Shown here: piece after piece, positions 1 to 8,052 of the stretch
Layout of the letters: every line of letters begins with the position of its first letter
How positions within the stretch are numbered: the stretch's first letter is position 1
Virus record (IMG/VR): IMGVR_UViG_3300020469_000010
Length of the DNA: 64,000 nt
Reading direction: 5' to 3' (one strand)
DNA from: a virus
The notes under the pieces: model-generated
Databases searched by the model: none
Seen by the model: only the letters and a program-made list of their open reading frames with translations
Told to the model about the DNA's origin: nothing
Translations under genes and position numbers: made by a program

Positions 1-32
1 ATAACAATTATGCTAATATGACAAGGGATCGT

Positions 33-118
33 GTGGCAGTTAAAGAACCGTCACAGAACCCATTGAAAACCGCCTTAGATGCCCTATAATACATTTGTAA
101 ACAAGGAACAACCTCCTC
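33..118 (+). promoter_or_regulatory. Early promoter element copy 1 (divergent): dyad + sigma70 promoter + RBS
   Basis: gtggcagt-taaaga-accgtcac (33-54); TTGAAA 63-68, TATAAT 85-90; AAGGA before ATG 119. Confidence 0.75.
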
Positions 119-571
119 ATGGCAAGAAGTTTCACCGATTATGTTGCCCAACAAGATGTTAGAAATAATCTGCAACTTAAAGTCCGTGAGTATTGCCTGA
201 TGTTGTGTGAGGCACTGGAGCAGGATTTTGTAAAAGATTCTCTCCGTCGTGCTAATTTTTTCCTGAAAACTGATCCTGAATATCGTGAAGATCGTATTAA
301 GCGTATTCAACAAGGTGAAGATCGTTACAAATACTATATTGAGAGTGGTAGAAAGTATCACAAAATTATCATGGAGACCGATGGTGGTTCCCGTAGTGTT
401 CATTGTTTTGTCAACATGAAGACTGGTGAGTTGCATAAAGCAGCATCATTCAAAGCACCAGTAAAAGAACCTCGTTTCGACCTGCGTATCATCAAAGAGC
501 GTGAGTGGGTATTTGAGAACTGTGATTGGTCTGGTGGTTATCTTTACAAAAACGCATATTACACTGGTTGA
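119..571 (+). CDS. Conserved hypothetical early phage protein
   Basis: 150 aa ORF after promoter and RBS; GRKYHKI...SVHCFV...GELHKAAS.KAP motif recalled from phage hypothetical proteins. Confidence 0.85.
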   Translation: MARSFTDYVAQQDVRNNLQLKVREYCLMLCEALEQDFVKDSLRRANFFLKTDPEYREDRIKRIQQGEDRYKYYIESGRKYHKIIMETDGGSRSVHCFVNMKTGELHKAASFKAPVKEPRFDLRIIKEREWVFENCDWSGGYLYKNAYYTG

Positions 572-574
572 GAT

Positions 575-724
575 ATGATTGTAAATCTCACAAAGAATGA
601 GGTAAAGCATCTTGTCTACCTTTTAGGTAGAGGAGATGCTGATTATCCTGAACTAAATGGCAATCTACTGAAAAAACTAGAACCATTAGTTGACATCTGC
701 ACATGTCAAGAAAAAAACAATTAA
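575..724 (+). CDS. Small hypothetical protein (49 aa, MIVNLTKNEV...)
   Basis: Hand-translated; fills the gap between neighbours; below ORF-track cutoff. Confidence 0.6.
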   Translation: MIVNLTKNEVKHLVYLLGRGDADYPELNGNLLKKLEPLVDICTCQEKNN

Positions 725-733
725 CTAAAAATC

Positions 734-958
734 ATGAAAACTCCAGACAAAATGAAAGAAGAGTATAAAAAACTCTTTTGTGAAGTAATGTGTGAACTAT
801 GTGAATATGAAGATGGTGTAGATGTTTTCCGTCATTGTTTAAATTATGCTATCGGAGATGTTGGTTCATGGCATATTAAAGAATTAGGTTATCTTAATTC
901 TATGCAGATGATTACAGATGAAGAATTTGATAAAAAAGAAACAAATAAAGAGGAATGA
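734..958 (+). CDS. Hypothetical protein
   Basis: 74 aa ORF ending 2 nt before the next repeat element. Confidence 0.75.
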   Translation: MKTPDKMKEEYKKLFCEVMCELCEYEDGVDVFRHCLNYAIGDVGSWHIKELGYLNSMQMITDEEFDKKETNKEE

Positions 959-960
959 TT

Positions 961-1023
961 GTGCCAGTCTGAGAACTGTCCACTAAATCCCCCATTGGAC
1001 CCAAAACCATGTATAGTAGCAGT
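961..1023 (+). promoter_or_regulatory. Early promoter element copy 2 (probably gives a leaderless mRNA)
   Basis: gtgccagt-ctgaga-actgtccac (961-983); TATAGT 1012-1017; ATG 1024 at the expected +1. Confidence 0.75.
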
Positions 1024-1914
1024 ATGCAAAACAAACATCAAGAACATCCCGAAGACACCATTCTGACTGGTGATCTTTCTGCTATTGATCTACTCTACAA
1101 CTTCACACATGCCAGTGTAAAGATGGACGGAGCTCCTGCAATCGTTTGGGGCACAGATCCTGCTACTGGCACATTTTTTGTTGGAACTAAAGCAGTTTTC
1201 AACAAACAAAAAATTCGTATTGCACACTCTCATGATGAAATTGACCAATTCTATAAAGAAGAGGTTGCTGATATTCTTCATGCTTGTTACAATTTTCTAC
1301 CTCGTACAAATCGTATCATTCAAGGCGATTTTATTGGGTGGGGCACTGGTAGCGTTTTTACTCCCAACACGATTACTTACAAATTTCCCGAATTTGTAAA
1401 GCAAAAGTGCATTATTGCACCTCATACAGAATACTTTGCTGAAAATGATCTGCGTGATGCTATAGCAGAACCTCTCACAGATTATTTTGAGCATAACATC
1501 AGAGTAAGATGGGTTCAACCTTGTGTGGATTGGTTCTTAAGTCCTACAACACCAAAAATTGACACTACTGATGTCAATTTTATGGACAAACGAACATCAG
1601 ATTGCTGCAAAAAAATTATCAATGCTTTTGTGCGAGAGGGTAAAGAACTTACCCATGAATTGCTGACTATTGTGTTTGATTGTCCCAAACTTGCAAGTCT
1701 TTATCTCACTGTAATTGAGATGAAAGAGGATCTTATCGATAGTTTCAAGATTACAGATTGTCCCAAATCTTACATTGGTGATCTTCAAGTTAAGCAAGAA
1801 GGTTTTGTTATCTCGGACGATTCTGGTCGCATGATTAAACTTGTTGATCGAGAAGTTTTCTCCATGAATAACTTTAACATGCCCAAACGATGGGAGTCCC
1901 CGAACCAGTCGTAA
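1024..1914 (+). CDS. DUF6267-like protein with ligase/nucleotidyltransferase-type motifs
   Basis: HQEHPED N-terminus; KMDG, IIQGDF, EGFVI and IKLVDR motifs; start moved from 1009 to 1024 because the -10 box lies downstream of 1009. Confidence 0.75.
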   Translation: MQNKHQEHPEDTILTGDLSAIDLLYNFTHASVKMDGAPAIVWGTDPATGTFFVGTKAVFNKQKIRIAHSHDEIDQFYKEEVADILHACYNFLPRTNRIIQGDFIGWGTGSVFTPNTITYKFPEFVKQKCIIAPHTEYFAENDLRDAIAEPLTDYFEHNIRVRWVQPCVDWFLSPTTPKIDTTDVNFMDKRTSDCCKKIINAFVREGKELTHELLTIVFDCPKLASLYLTVIEMKEDLIDSFKITDCPKSYIGDLQVKQEGFVISDDSGRMIKLVDREVFSMNNFNMPKRWESPNQS

Positions 1915-1985
1915 AAGTGGCACACAGACCCTTGTGGATGCCTTAAAATCATGTATTATTAAAGAGTCAAAGGAACACAGCAACC
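1902..1985 (+). promoter_or_regulatory. Early promoter element copy 3
   Basis: gaaccagt-cgtaaa-agtggcac (1902-1923); tgTATTATtaaagagtcaaagga; ATG 1986. Confidence 0.85.
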
Positions 1986-2132
1986 ATGGACACCAAAACT
2001 TATCCGATTTTTTCGGAACTTGCTGAAATTTTTGAAGATATAAGTGATGAATCTGTTGATCAACTTCTTAATGAAATGGAACCTAAAAAATTCAATGTTG
2101 AAGAGTATTTGAATAGTAATTACGATTACTGA
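1986..2132 (+). CDS. Small acidic hypothetical protein (48 aa, MDTKTYPIF...NYDY)
   Basis: Hand-translated; directly follows the element RBS. Confidence 0.7.
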   Translation: MDTKTYPIFSELAEIFEDISDESVDQLLNEMEPKKFNVEEYLNSNYDY

Positions 2133-2170
2133 TCAAAGTTACACTGATTTTCAAAAACTTTTTTTCAATC

Positions 2171-2584
2171 ATGGGCACTCGTTCACGCATCGGTATTCAA
2201 CTTTCAGATGACTCTATTCTTTCTGTTTATCATCATTGGGATGGTTATCCTTGCTGGTTGGGCAGGATTCTTGAAACGCACTACAATACGAAGGAGAAAG
2301 TATCCGGACTGATTGATAGTGGGGATATGTCAACTTGCTGGACTGATAAAATCTGGGGTAAGGATCGTACTGATGGTCAAAAGTATGGTCCTGAAACTTA
2401 TGCTGATCGTGGTGAAGATTGTCCTCCCCGTTTAGATAAAGATATGGAAGAATTTTTCTCTGATGGTGAAGAATACTCCTATATTTTCCGCAATAATAAC
2501 TGGTTTGCCTACGATATGCACCAATTTGAAGATATTGTTGCACCTGAACCTGTAGAAATACCATCGGGAGAGTTGATGGTATGA
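2171..2584 (+). CDS. Conserved phage hypothetical protein (MGTRSRIG...VYHHWDGYP family)
   Basis: 137 aa; recognisable phage motif. Confidence 0.85.
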   Translation: MGTRSRIGIQLSDDSILSVYHHWDGYPCWLGRILETHYNTKEKVSGLIDSGDMSTCWTDKIWGKDRTDGQKYGPETYADRGEDCPPRLDKDMEEFFSDGEEYSYIFRNNNWFAYDMHQFEDIVAPEPVEIPSGELMV

Positions 2585-2811
2585 AACCTGATATTATAGG
2601 TAGAATAATCGGATCATTTCTAGTTGTTTCTGCTTATTTTGTTGTTTTGCATGTTAGTGTGACAACTGGAGTGATTATGCACTTCATTGCTGATTTAATT
2701 TCAGTACCATTTTTTGTAAGAACTAAATCTTGGGATGTTGTTATCATGCTAGGATTCTTACTTGTTATTTCATTTACTAAATTATCCGGAGTTTCCAATG
2801 AAATCCTATGA
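2581..2811 (+). CDS. Small membrane protein
   Basis: 76 aa with 2-3 hydrophobic segments; ATGA overlap with upstream gene. Confidence 0.75.
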   Translation: MKPDIIGRIIGSFLVVSAYFVVLHVSVTTGVIMHFIADLISVPFFVRTKSWDVVIMLGFLLVISFTKLSGVSNEIL

Positions 2812-3208
2812 AGATCAACGACGTGAAAGATTGAGTGATGCTATTTTCGATTACATTCAAGACGATAATGTTGATGCAAGAGAATTATATCGAGATATTA
2901 AAAATGAAGTCGTAAGTTCAATGAATTATTATAAAAGATATGCAGATAAATGTAATGATCTTTTGGACAAGTTGAATGGATATAGGGAGGTTGATTTTAG
3001 TTTAGAGGATTTAGCACCTCAAGATAATCAGTTGATGAATAAAATTCAAGCAACTTCTCCATATAATGATGGTTGGACTAAAGAATTTTACAACGAAATC
3101 GTAAAAGATACTGAAACAAATGGTATCAGCACTGCTAGTATTGGCATGGGAACATCTCCTGATTGGCAAAAGTTCTGGAATGAGGATTCGATTCTGACAG
3201 ATTGCTGA
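2798..3208 (+). CDS. Hypothetical protein
   Basis: ATG 2798 (MKSYEDQRRE...) preferred over the upstream non-ATG start. Confidence 0.75.
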   Translation: MKSYEDQRRERLSDAIFDYIQDDNVDARELYRDIKNEVVSSMNYYKRYADKCNDLLDKLNGYREVDFSLEDLAPQDNQLMNKIQATSPYNDGWTKEFYNEIVKDTETNGISTASIGMGTSPDWQKFWNEDSILTDC

Positions 3209-3594
3209 TGGAAAATCTTTTCAAACTGGCAACAGAAGTCGCTTCAACATCACCTTCAAAGAAAAAGGTTGGTGCTATTCTTCTCAAGAAAAACAGGGTA
3301 ATTGTCTGTGCCACTAACAATGAAACCAAAACTCACCCAATTCAAGCACATTGGGCAAAAAAAGTTGGACGACCTCAGAAGATTTTTCTTCATGCAGAAT
3401 TGTCCGCATTGGTTAAAGCGAGAGAAGAAGGTGACAAAATTATTGTTGCTCGTTTGGGAGGACATAATCACGATGAACTTAGAATGGCAAGACCTTGCCC
3501 AGTATGTGAGGCTTATTTAAGAGAATGTGGAGTCACTGATGTATATTATTCAGTGACAAATAACAAATGGACCTATGAACATTGGAGTAATTAA
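3208..3594 (+). CDS. Zn-dependent cytidine/dCMP deaminase-fold protein
   Basis: KVGAIL...N...HAE...PCPVC signature; TGATG coupling. Confidence 0.85.
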   Translation: MENLFKLATEVASTSPSKKKVGAILLKKNRVIVCATNNETKTHPIQAHWAKKVGRPQKIFLHAELSALVKAREEGDKIIVARLGGHNHDELRMARPCPVCEAYLRECGVTDVYYSVTNNKWTYEHWSN

Positions 3595-3596
3595 TC

Positions 3597-3917
3597 ATGC
3601 TTTTTGATATTGAAGTAAGACCCGGAAATAATACTGAATTTTTTCAGTATTATAGTGAAACTGTAGAAGCACTTACTTCGCATGATGCTGTTGCAAGGGT
3701 TCAACGTGCTAATCCAGGATGTCAAGTAAGATGCACTAATTCTTACAATGCAGATAATTCAGGTTCTTCTATTTCTAGCATGGGTGAGATTGGATCTTAC
3801 CTAATTCTTGGTGCAATTATCTTTGCTCTCTGGTTAATTGTTGAATACTGGTGGATCGCATTACCTGCCGGATTGATTGCATTAGGAGCATGGATTCTGA
3901 AACTATGTGGTAAATAA
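3597..3917 (+). CDS. Hypothetical protein with C-terminal membrane anchor
   Basis: 106 aa; two hydrophobic segments at the C-terminus. Confidence 0.75.
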   Translation: MLFDIEVRPGNNTEFFQYYSETVEALTSHDAVARVQRANPGCQVRCTNSYNADNSGSSISSMGEIGSYLILGAIIFALWLIVEYWWIALPAGLIALGAWILKLCGK

Positions 3918-4020
3918 TCATTTTTTGATAATTCTGCTGGCAACCCTGACCTAGACTTCATTTCACTCAAAAATGCAAGAAAATCAATTTATGACATTTT
4001 CAGATCCCTGTCCACTACTA

Positions 4021-4107
4021 GGTGGACAGTTCTTTAAAGTGTCCACCATAGGTTGATTCCGGCCGGTTTTCGTGTATTCTATAAGAGTCAAAGGAAAACA
4101 ACCACCC
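4021..4107 (+). promoter_or_regulatory. Early promoter element copy 4
   Basis: ggtggacagt-tctttaa-agtgtccacc; TATTCT 4075-4080; aagagtcaaagga; ATG 4108. Confidence 0.85.
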
Positions 4108-4263
4108 ATGAGACCAGTCGAAAAACATCTCGCAGACCCATACAATCGTCTCCGTTATTGTTATGAGTTTTTGAGGGAAGATGATCCCGATATGTATAAA
4201 AAAGCAATGCGTCGTATCTATTACTTTCTCTCTACACTTGAAGAGACAGAGTATCACTACTGA
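4108..4263 (+). CDS. Small hypothetical protein (51 aa, MRPVEKHL...)
   Basis: Start set by the element RBS. Confidence 0.7.
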   Translation: MRPVEKHLADPYNRLRYCYEFLREDDPDMYKKAMRRIYYFLSTLEETEYHY

Positions 4264-4283
4264 ACCACACTTTTTCTAAACTC

Positions 4284-4565
4284 ATGAACTACAGACTCAA
4301 AGATCTTCAAGAACGTGTCAACAAACTGATCAAAGAACAGGGTGAGGATGCAGAATGTGGAGCATGGATCTACACCAAGAATGATTGTCATTTAAAGGAT
4401 GAAGATGGTAACACTGATTATGGTAACAATGTAGAAGATCCTGAAGTCATTGAACGTATCTTCGATGAAGTTGGGAACATTGATTACATCTACACTGTGA
4501 TTCAGGAGTGTATTGATGAGGTTACAGAAGAGCAACTTATGTTACAACAACAGGAACTAGTTTGA
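4284..4565 (+). CDS. Hypothetical acidic protein
   Basis: 93 aa ORF in operon. Confidence 0.75.
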   Translation: MNYRLKDLQERVNKLIKEQGEDAECGAWIYTKNDCHLKDEDGNTDYGNNVEDPEVIERIFDEVGNIDYIYTVIQECIDEVTEEQLMLQQQELV

Positions 4566-4732
4566 TGATTACTCAAAAAACACAAATGACCAAAATCATG
4601 TCACAATGTGAGGGAGCAGATACACTTACTAGAGAGCAAAAGTTTCAAGTTTTCTGTAATGTATGTGACAACCTGCTTGAACAAGGCAGAATGACCAAAG
4701 CAACTCACACTCGTTGGACCAACATTTTTTGA
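4565..4732 (+). CDS. Small hypothetical protein (55 aa, CxxC)
   Basis: Hand-translated MITQKTQ...FCNVCDNLL...WTNIF; TGATG coupling. Confidence 0.7.
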   Translation: MITQKTQMTKIMSQCEGADTLTREQKFQVFCNVCDNLLEQGRMTKATHTRWTNIF

Positions 4733-4734
4733 TC

Positions 4735-4986
4735 ATGATTTTTAAAGGCACAAATCCATCTCCAGTTTACATAAACAAGGAACGCAGTAATTACAGTGTT
4801 TCTGTTTATAGTTCAACAAAAATTGATGATCATGGAATCATTGAGCATCATTTCAAAACATTCAGAACGAAATATCAAAATTTCAGTGATGCTGAAAGTG
4901 CTGGATGGCATTACATTAACTCCCGAGAAACTATGCAAGCATGGAGAGGATCAATTCGATCATTCGATGAGGCATTAGCAAAATGA
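4735..4986 (+). CDS. Hypothetical protein
   Basis: ATG 4735 (MIFKGTNP...). Confidence 0.7.
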   Translation: MIFKGTNPSPVYINKERSNYSVSVYSSTKIDDHGIIEHHFKTFRTKYQNFSDAESAGWHYINSRETMQAWRGSIRSFDEALAK

Positions 4987-5129
4987 AATGGGAGGTTAAA
5001 TTGTATGTTGCTGGAAAAGTATTCATGGAAGAAGTTTATGCCAGCAATCATAAGGATGCAAAACTAACAGCAACTGCCCGCAATCCTACGGCAAAAGTGA
5101 TAGGAGTCAATCCTATAGTAGGCAGTTGA
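4983..5129 (+). CDS. Small hypothetical protein (48 aa, MKWEVKLYVAG...ARNP)
   Basis: Hand-translated; ATGA overlap; stop codon lies in the spacer of the next dyad. Confidence 0.75.
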   Translation: MKWEVKLYVAGKVFMEEVYASNHKDAKLTATARNPTAKVIGVNPIVGS

Positions 5130-5201
5130 TGAAGTGTCCACTATTTGCTGACAGGGCCCCAGAATCATGTATTATTAAAGAGTCAAAGGCACAGCACTCA
5201 A
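5118..5201 (+). promoter_or_regulatory. Early promoter element copy 5
   Basis: gtaggcagt-tgatga-agtgtccac; tgTATTATtaaagagtcaaagg; ATG 5202. Confidence 0.85.
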
Positions 5202-5465
5202 ATGACCTCACAAACTTACAACGGTTGGACAAACTATGAGACCTGGAACGCATCACTTTGGATTGGAAATGATGAGTTCCTGTATAATACTGCAAAGGCA
5301 TGTGTTGAGTTCTGCGATGATAACGAAACCCCATGGGATAAGTTCATTCGTTGTATGATGGAAGGGCAAATTGGTCGATTCTTGGGTACAACTGGCGACG
5401 GTGTTTCTTGGGATGATTCTAACATCGACGCAGATGAAATGAATGAAATGATGGCAGAACTGTAG
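5202..5465 (+). CDS. Conserved phage hypothetical protein (YNGWTNYETW family)
   Basis: Recognisable motif; start set by the element. Confidence 0.85.
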   Translation: MTSQTYNGWTNYETWNASLWIGNDEFLYNTAKACVEFCDDNETPWDKFIRCMMEGQIGRFLGTTGDGVSWDDSNIDADEMNEMMAEL

Positions 5466-5543
5466 ACAGTTAATAAGGTGTCCACTGTTTCCACACAGGG
5501 CACCTGAATCGTGTATTATTAAAGAGTCAAAGGAAAGCAACCA
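5462..5543 (+). promoter_or_regulatory. Early promoter element copy 6
   Basis: gtagacagt-taataa-ggtgtccac; tgTATTATtaaagagtcaaagga; ATG 5544. Confidence 0.85.
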
Positions 5544-5708
5544 ATGAAACCCTATCCACTTGGCATCGACAATCCTATCATCGTCAAAGGTGTTTTTGGT
5601 TCACACAAATGGGCATTATATTGGAAAAATGATATGATCAAGATTGGCACATTTTCCAATCAGCATGATGCAATGGAGGCACGTCAAGCAATCATCAAAT
5701 CATTATGA
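5544..5708 (+). CDS. Small hypothetical protein (54 aa, MKPYPLGIDNP...)
   Basis: Hand-translated; follows the element RBS. Confidence 0.75.
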   Translation: MKPYPLGIDNPIIVKGVFGSHKWALYWKNDMIKIGTFSNQHDAMEARQAIIKSL

Positions 5709-5866
5709 AAATGACTAACACTGTCCGTATCATTGACAAACTTGGATTGTTCCCTGAAACCAAAGGTAAGGCGCGTTATGTATCAGTCAAGACCTACAAT
5801 CATGCCATGGAAATTGTAGATGAACAAAACAAACTTGGTAACATCGCAACCCTAATCAACTGGTAA
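5705..5866 (+). CDS. Small hypothetical protein (53 aa)
   Basis: Hand-translated; ATGA overlap. Confidence 0.7.
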   Translation: MKMTNTVRIIDKLGLFPETKGKARYVSVKTYNHAMEIVDEQNKLGNIATLINW

Positions 5867-5867
5867 A

Positions 5868-6059
5868 ATGAAAACTACCACACAAACTTACAACATTCGC
5901 GTTGAGACTTGTGACTTCAAAGTGATAGAGTTTCAACGCACATTGCCCACTAAACCAACAACATCCAAGGGCATAAAAGCACAGAATAGTAAACTTGAGC
6001 AATGGGTAATGAAAGAATTACCTTATTACTCCCGCATCGAAATCACTCCTGCAAACTAA
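5868..6059 (+). CDS. Hypothetical protein
   Basis: 63 aa ORF in operon. Confidence 0.7.
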   Translation: MKTTTQTYNIRVETCDFKVIEFQRTLPTKPTTSKGIKAQNSKLEQWVMKELPYYSRIEITPAN

Positions 6060-6074
6060 CACCAATCAAGCACA

Positions 6075-6281
6075 ATGGAGTTCAAAGTAACAGAAATCAA
6101 ATTCGATTTTGATGATGCAATGACAGATGAATCAATCACTAATGAATACAAACGAGAGGTGACTGATGAAACTATTGGACATATTTGGAATGCAGATGAT
6201 GGGGAAGATCTCATTGAAGAGATCACAACTGTAACTGGTTGGTGTATTAACTCTATTGACTTTTACCATATTTTGCGTTAA
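6075..6281 (+). CDS. Hypothetical acidic protein (W.ADD.EDLIEEIT...GWCI)
   Basis: 68 aa ORF in operon. Confidence 0.75.
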   Translation: MEFKVTEIKFDFDDAMTDESITNEYKREVTDETIGHIWNADDGEDLIEEITTVTGWCINSIDFYHILR

Positions 6282-6285
6282 GAAT

Positions 6286-6375
6286 AAACCAGTTGTCTAA
6301 GTGGCACAAGACCTGTTGCTGCTGCCTCGTTTTCATGTATTATTAAAGAGTCAAAGGAACAGCAACTCTCCCATC
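6286..6375 (+). promoter_or_regulatory. Early promoter element copy 7
   Basis: aaaccagt-tgtcta-agtggcac; tgTATTATtaaagagtcaaagga; ATG 6376. Confidence 0.85.
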
Positions 6376-6615
6376 ATGAAAAACTTTATTTGTGCTTACT
6401 TTGGTTCTGACTGGACTATCACCACCCGCGGGTTCTCCAGTGCAAGACAGGCAGAAAAACATGGTCTTTATATGATGCCTACTGCTGGCATTTTTGGGTT
6501 TGCTGTTATTGAAGAGAATACCTCTTCTTGGGATGTAAATTGGGATCGCAGCATTTTATCGGGTAAAGAGACAATAACTTTAACTAATTTTGGCAATTTT
6601 GAAGTTTCTTTCTGA
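6376..6615 (+). CDS. Hypothetical protein (MKNFICAYFG...)
   Basis: Start set by the element RBS. Confidence 0.75.
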   Translation: MKNFICAYFGSDWTITTRGFSSARQAEKHGLYMMPTAGIFGFAVIEENTSSWDVNWDRSILSGKETITLTNFGNFEVSF

Positions 6616-7000
6616 TGCTTTTCACCTCTACTAAATCTCAACAAACCACCGAAATCATGAGTGCAACATCCAATCAAATTTTCTTTGTTCCTCTGTCTGA
6701 ATGTAAGAATCAAGTTATCACAATTTCATGGAAGTTTCCATATCATAAAATTATGAAAGCAGGGGAAGATTATGGTTTCTTTGTTGCTACTAAATCTCAA
6801 CCTTCTGCACCTACTATACTTAAGAATCGTACTTGGGGATACAAACGTGCACAATACAAAGGTTTAAATGGATGGTATATTTACGTCAAGCAATTTACAA
6901 ATAATTTTAATCCCGAGGATTATGTTTATATCGCATCAGGATCATAATTATTCCTCTATTTTTTCTTTCTGATGTTATTCACCTCTGGCAAATCTCAACA
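6605..7000 (+). repeat. 39-bp imperfect direct repeat (6605-6643 / 6962-7000) flanking one gene
   Basis: 34/39 identical; both copies encode MLFTS.KSQ. Confidence 0.8.
6615..6947 (+). CDS. Hypothetical protein
   Basis: 110 aa; alternative start at 6657. Confidence 0.7.
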   Translation: MLFTSTKSQQTTEIMSATSNQIFFVPLSECKNQVITISWKFPYHKIMKAGEDYGFFVATKSQPSAPTILKNRTWGYKRAQYKGLNGWYIYVKQFTNNFNPEDYVYIASGS

Positions 7001-7304
7001 TACTCATTTAACTCAGAGTGTGTTTGAGTTCTTTACAACCAAATATCGTGTTGATAGTGATGTTGAGGTTTATCACACTGACTTAAGTGATGATAATGCC
7101 TTTGGATTTACTGAGGTTAATGGTGATGAACAATTCATCCAGATTCATAACAAATTAAGTGAAAAAGATTATATCACCACATTGATTCACGAATTGGTTC
7201 ATGTAGTACAGAATGAGCAAGGAATTACTGCGGATGATATAAGAGAAGATCAAGCATATCACATGGAAAAAGTGTTATTTAAGGGATGGTGTGCCAGTCG
7301 ATAA
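6972..7304 (+). CDS. HExxH (zincin-like) metallopeptidase-motif protein
   Basis: TLIHELVHVVQ plus downstream REDQAY. Confidence 0.75.
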   Translation: MLFTSGKSQHTHLTQSVFEFFTTKYRVDSDVEVYHTDLSDDNAFGFTEVNGDEQFIQIHNKLSEKDYITTLIHELVHVVQNEQGITADDIREDQAYHMEKVLFKGWCASR

Positions 7305-7373
7305 GGTGTCCACTTTTGGTTGATCTGCCTTCGTTTTCATGTATTATTAAAGAGTCAAAGGAACACACCTCAC
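7291..7373 (+). promoter_or_regulatory. Early promoter element copy 8
   Basis: gtgccagt-cgataa-ggtgtccac; tgTATTATtaaagagtcaaagga; ATG 7374. Confidence 0.85.
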
Positions 7374-7571
7374 ATGACCACCAAAGTTAATTACAATCAA
7401 GTCAAAGAAATGTTTGACAAAGTTGTTACTGATGGTCGGTGGACTTACAATGTAAGTGATTACAAAATGGGTTGTGATGCTTATTACCTTTGGTGCCACG
7501 AAGATCAGAATTTTTATTATACTGATTATACTGCATTTCATGCACTATTTGAAGTGATTGGTAATCGTTAA
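7374..7571 (+). CDS. Hypothetical protein
   Basis: Start set by the element RBS. Confidence 0.75.
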   Translation: MTTKVNYNQVKEMFDKVVTDGRWTYNVSDYKMGCDAYYLWCHEDQNFYYTDYTAFHALFEVIGNR

Positions 7572-7614
7572 AAGTAACATTTTTCTCTCTTTAAACCTTT
7601 TCTTCTCTTAACAA

Positions 7615-7821
7615 ATGTCCACTACTAAATCACAATCACTTATCGATGATGCTAAGTTTCTGAGTGCTATATACGGATTACAATCTTTTGTTTTGGATAC
7701 AAATGCCGATTTAGATGCAGCATACGATTGGATATGTGACATTGCAGAATGTGATACATTTGTAGCAGATGATCAGGCATGGGATATTTTTTATGATACT
7801 TACCAATATGCAGTATCATAA
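7615..7821 (+). CDS. Hypothetical protein
   Basis: 68 aa ORF. Confidence 0.7.
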   Translation: MSTTKSQSLIDDAKFLSAIYGLQSFVLDTNADLDAAYDWICDIAECDTFVADDQAWDIFYDTYQYAVS

Positions 7822-7860
7822 TTCGACCTAAATTAGTCTACTTGTTCACTATTCCATCCA

Positions 7861-8052
7861 ATGTTAAATCTTGACACATTATCACAAAATGAATTAGAAG
7901 CACTTTCAGAAGATTGTGAGGATTATCTGATCCACAGATATATTCCCTTGACATCACATTCGTATTCAAGTATTATTAACCAAGCAATTAAAGAGGGTTA
8001 TCAAATTGAAAAGTTCGACCGTTTCGTTCACCAAAGTCAAACTAACTCCTGA
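7861..8052 (+). CDS. Hypothetical protein
   Basis: 63 aa ORF. Confidence 0.7.
   Translation: MLNLDTLSQNELEALSEDCEDYLIHRYIPLTSHSYSSIINQAIKEGYQIEKFDRFVHQSQTNS

Noticed and set aside
690-709. Perfect palindrome TTGACAT-N6-ATGTCAA
   Set aside because: Single copy inside a coding region with no linked -10; probably chance.
4072-7373. Shared N-terminal peptide '(F/N)HVLLKSQR' in track ORFs 5145, 6301 and 7320 (and the extension at 4072)
   Set aside because: It is a translation of the repeated promoter element; true starts are the downstream ATGs.
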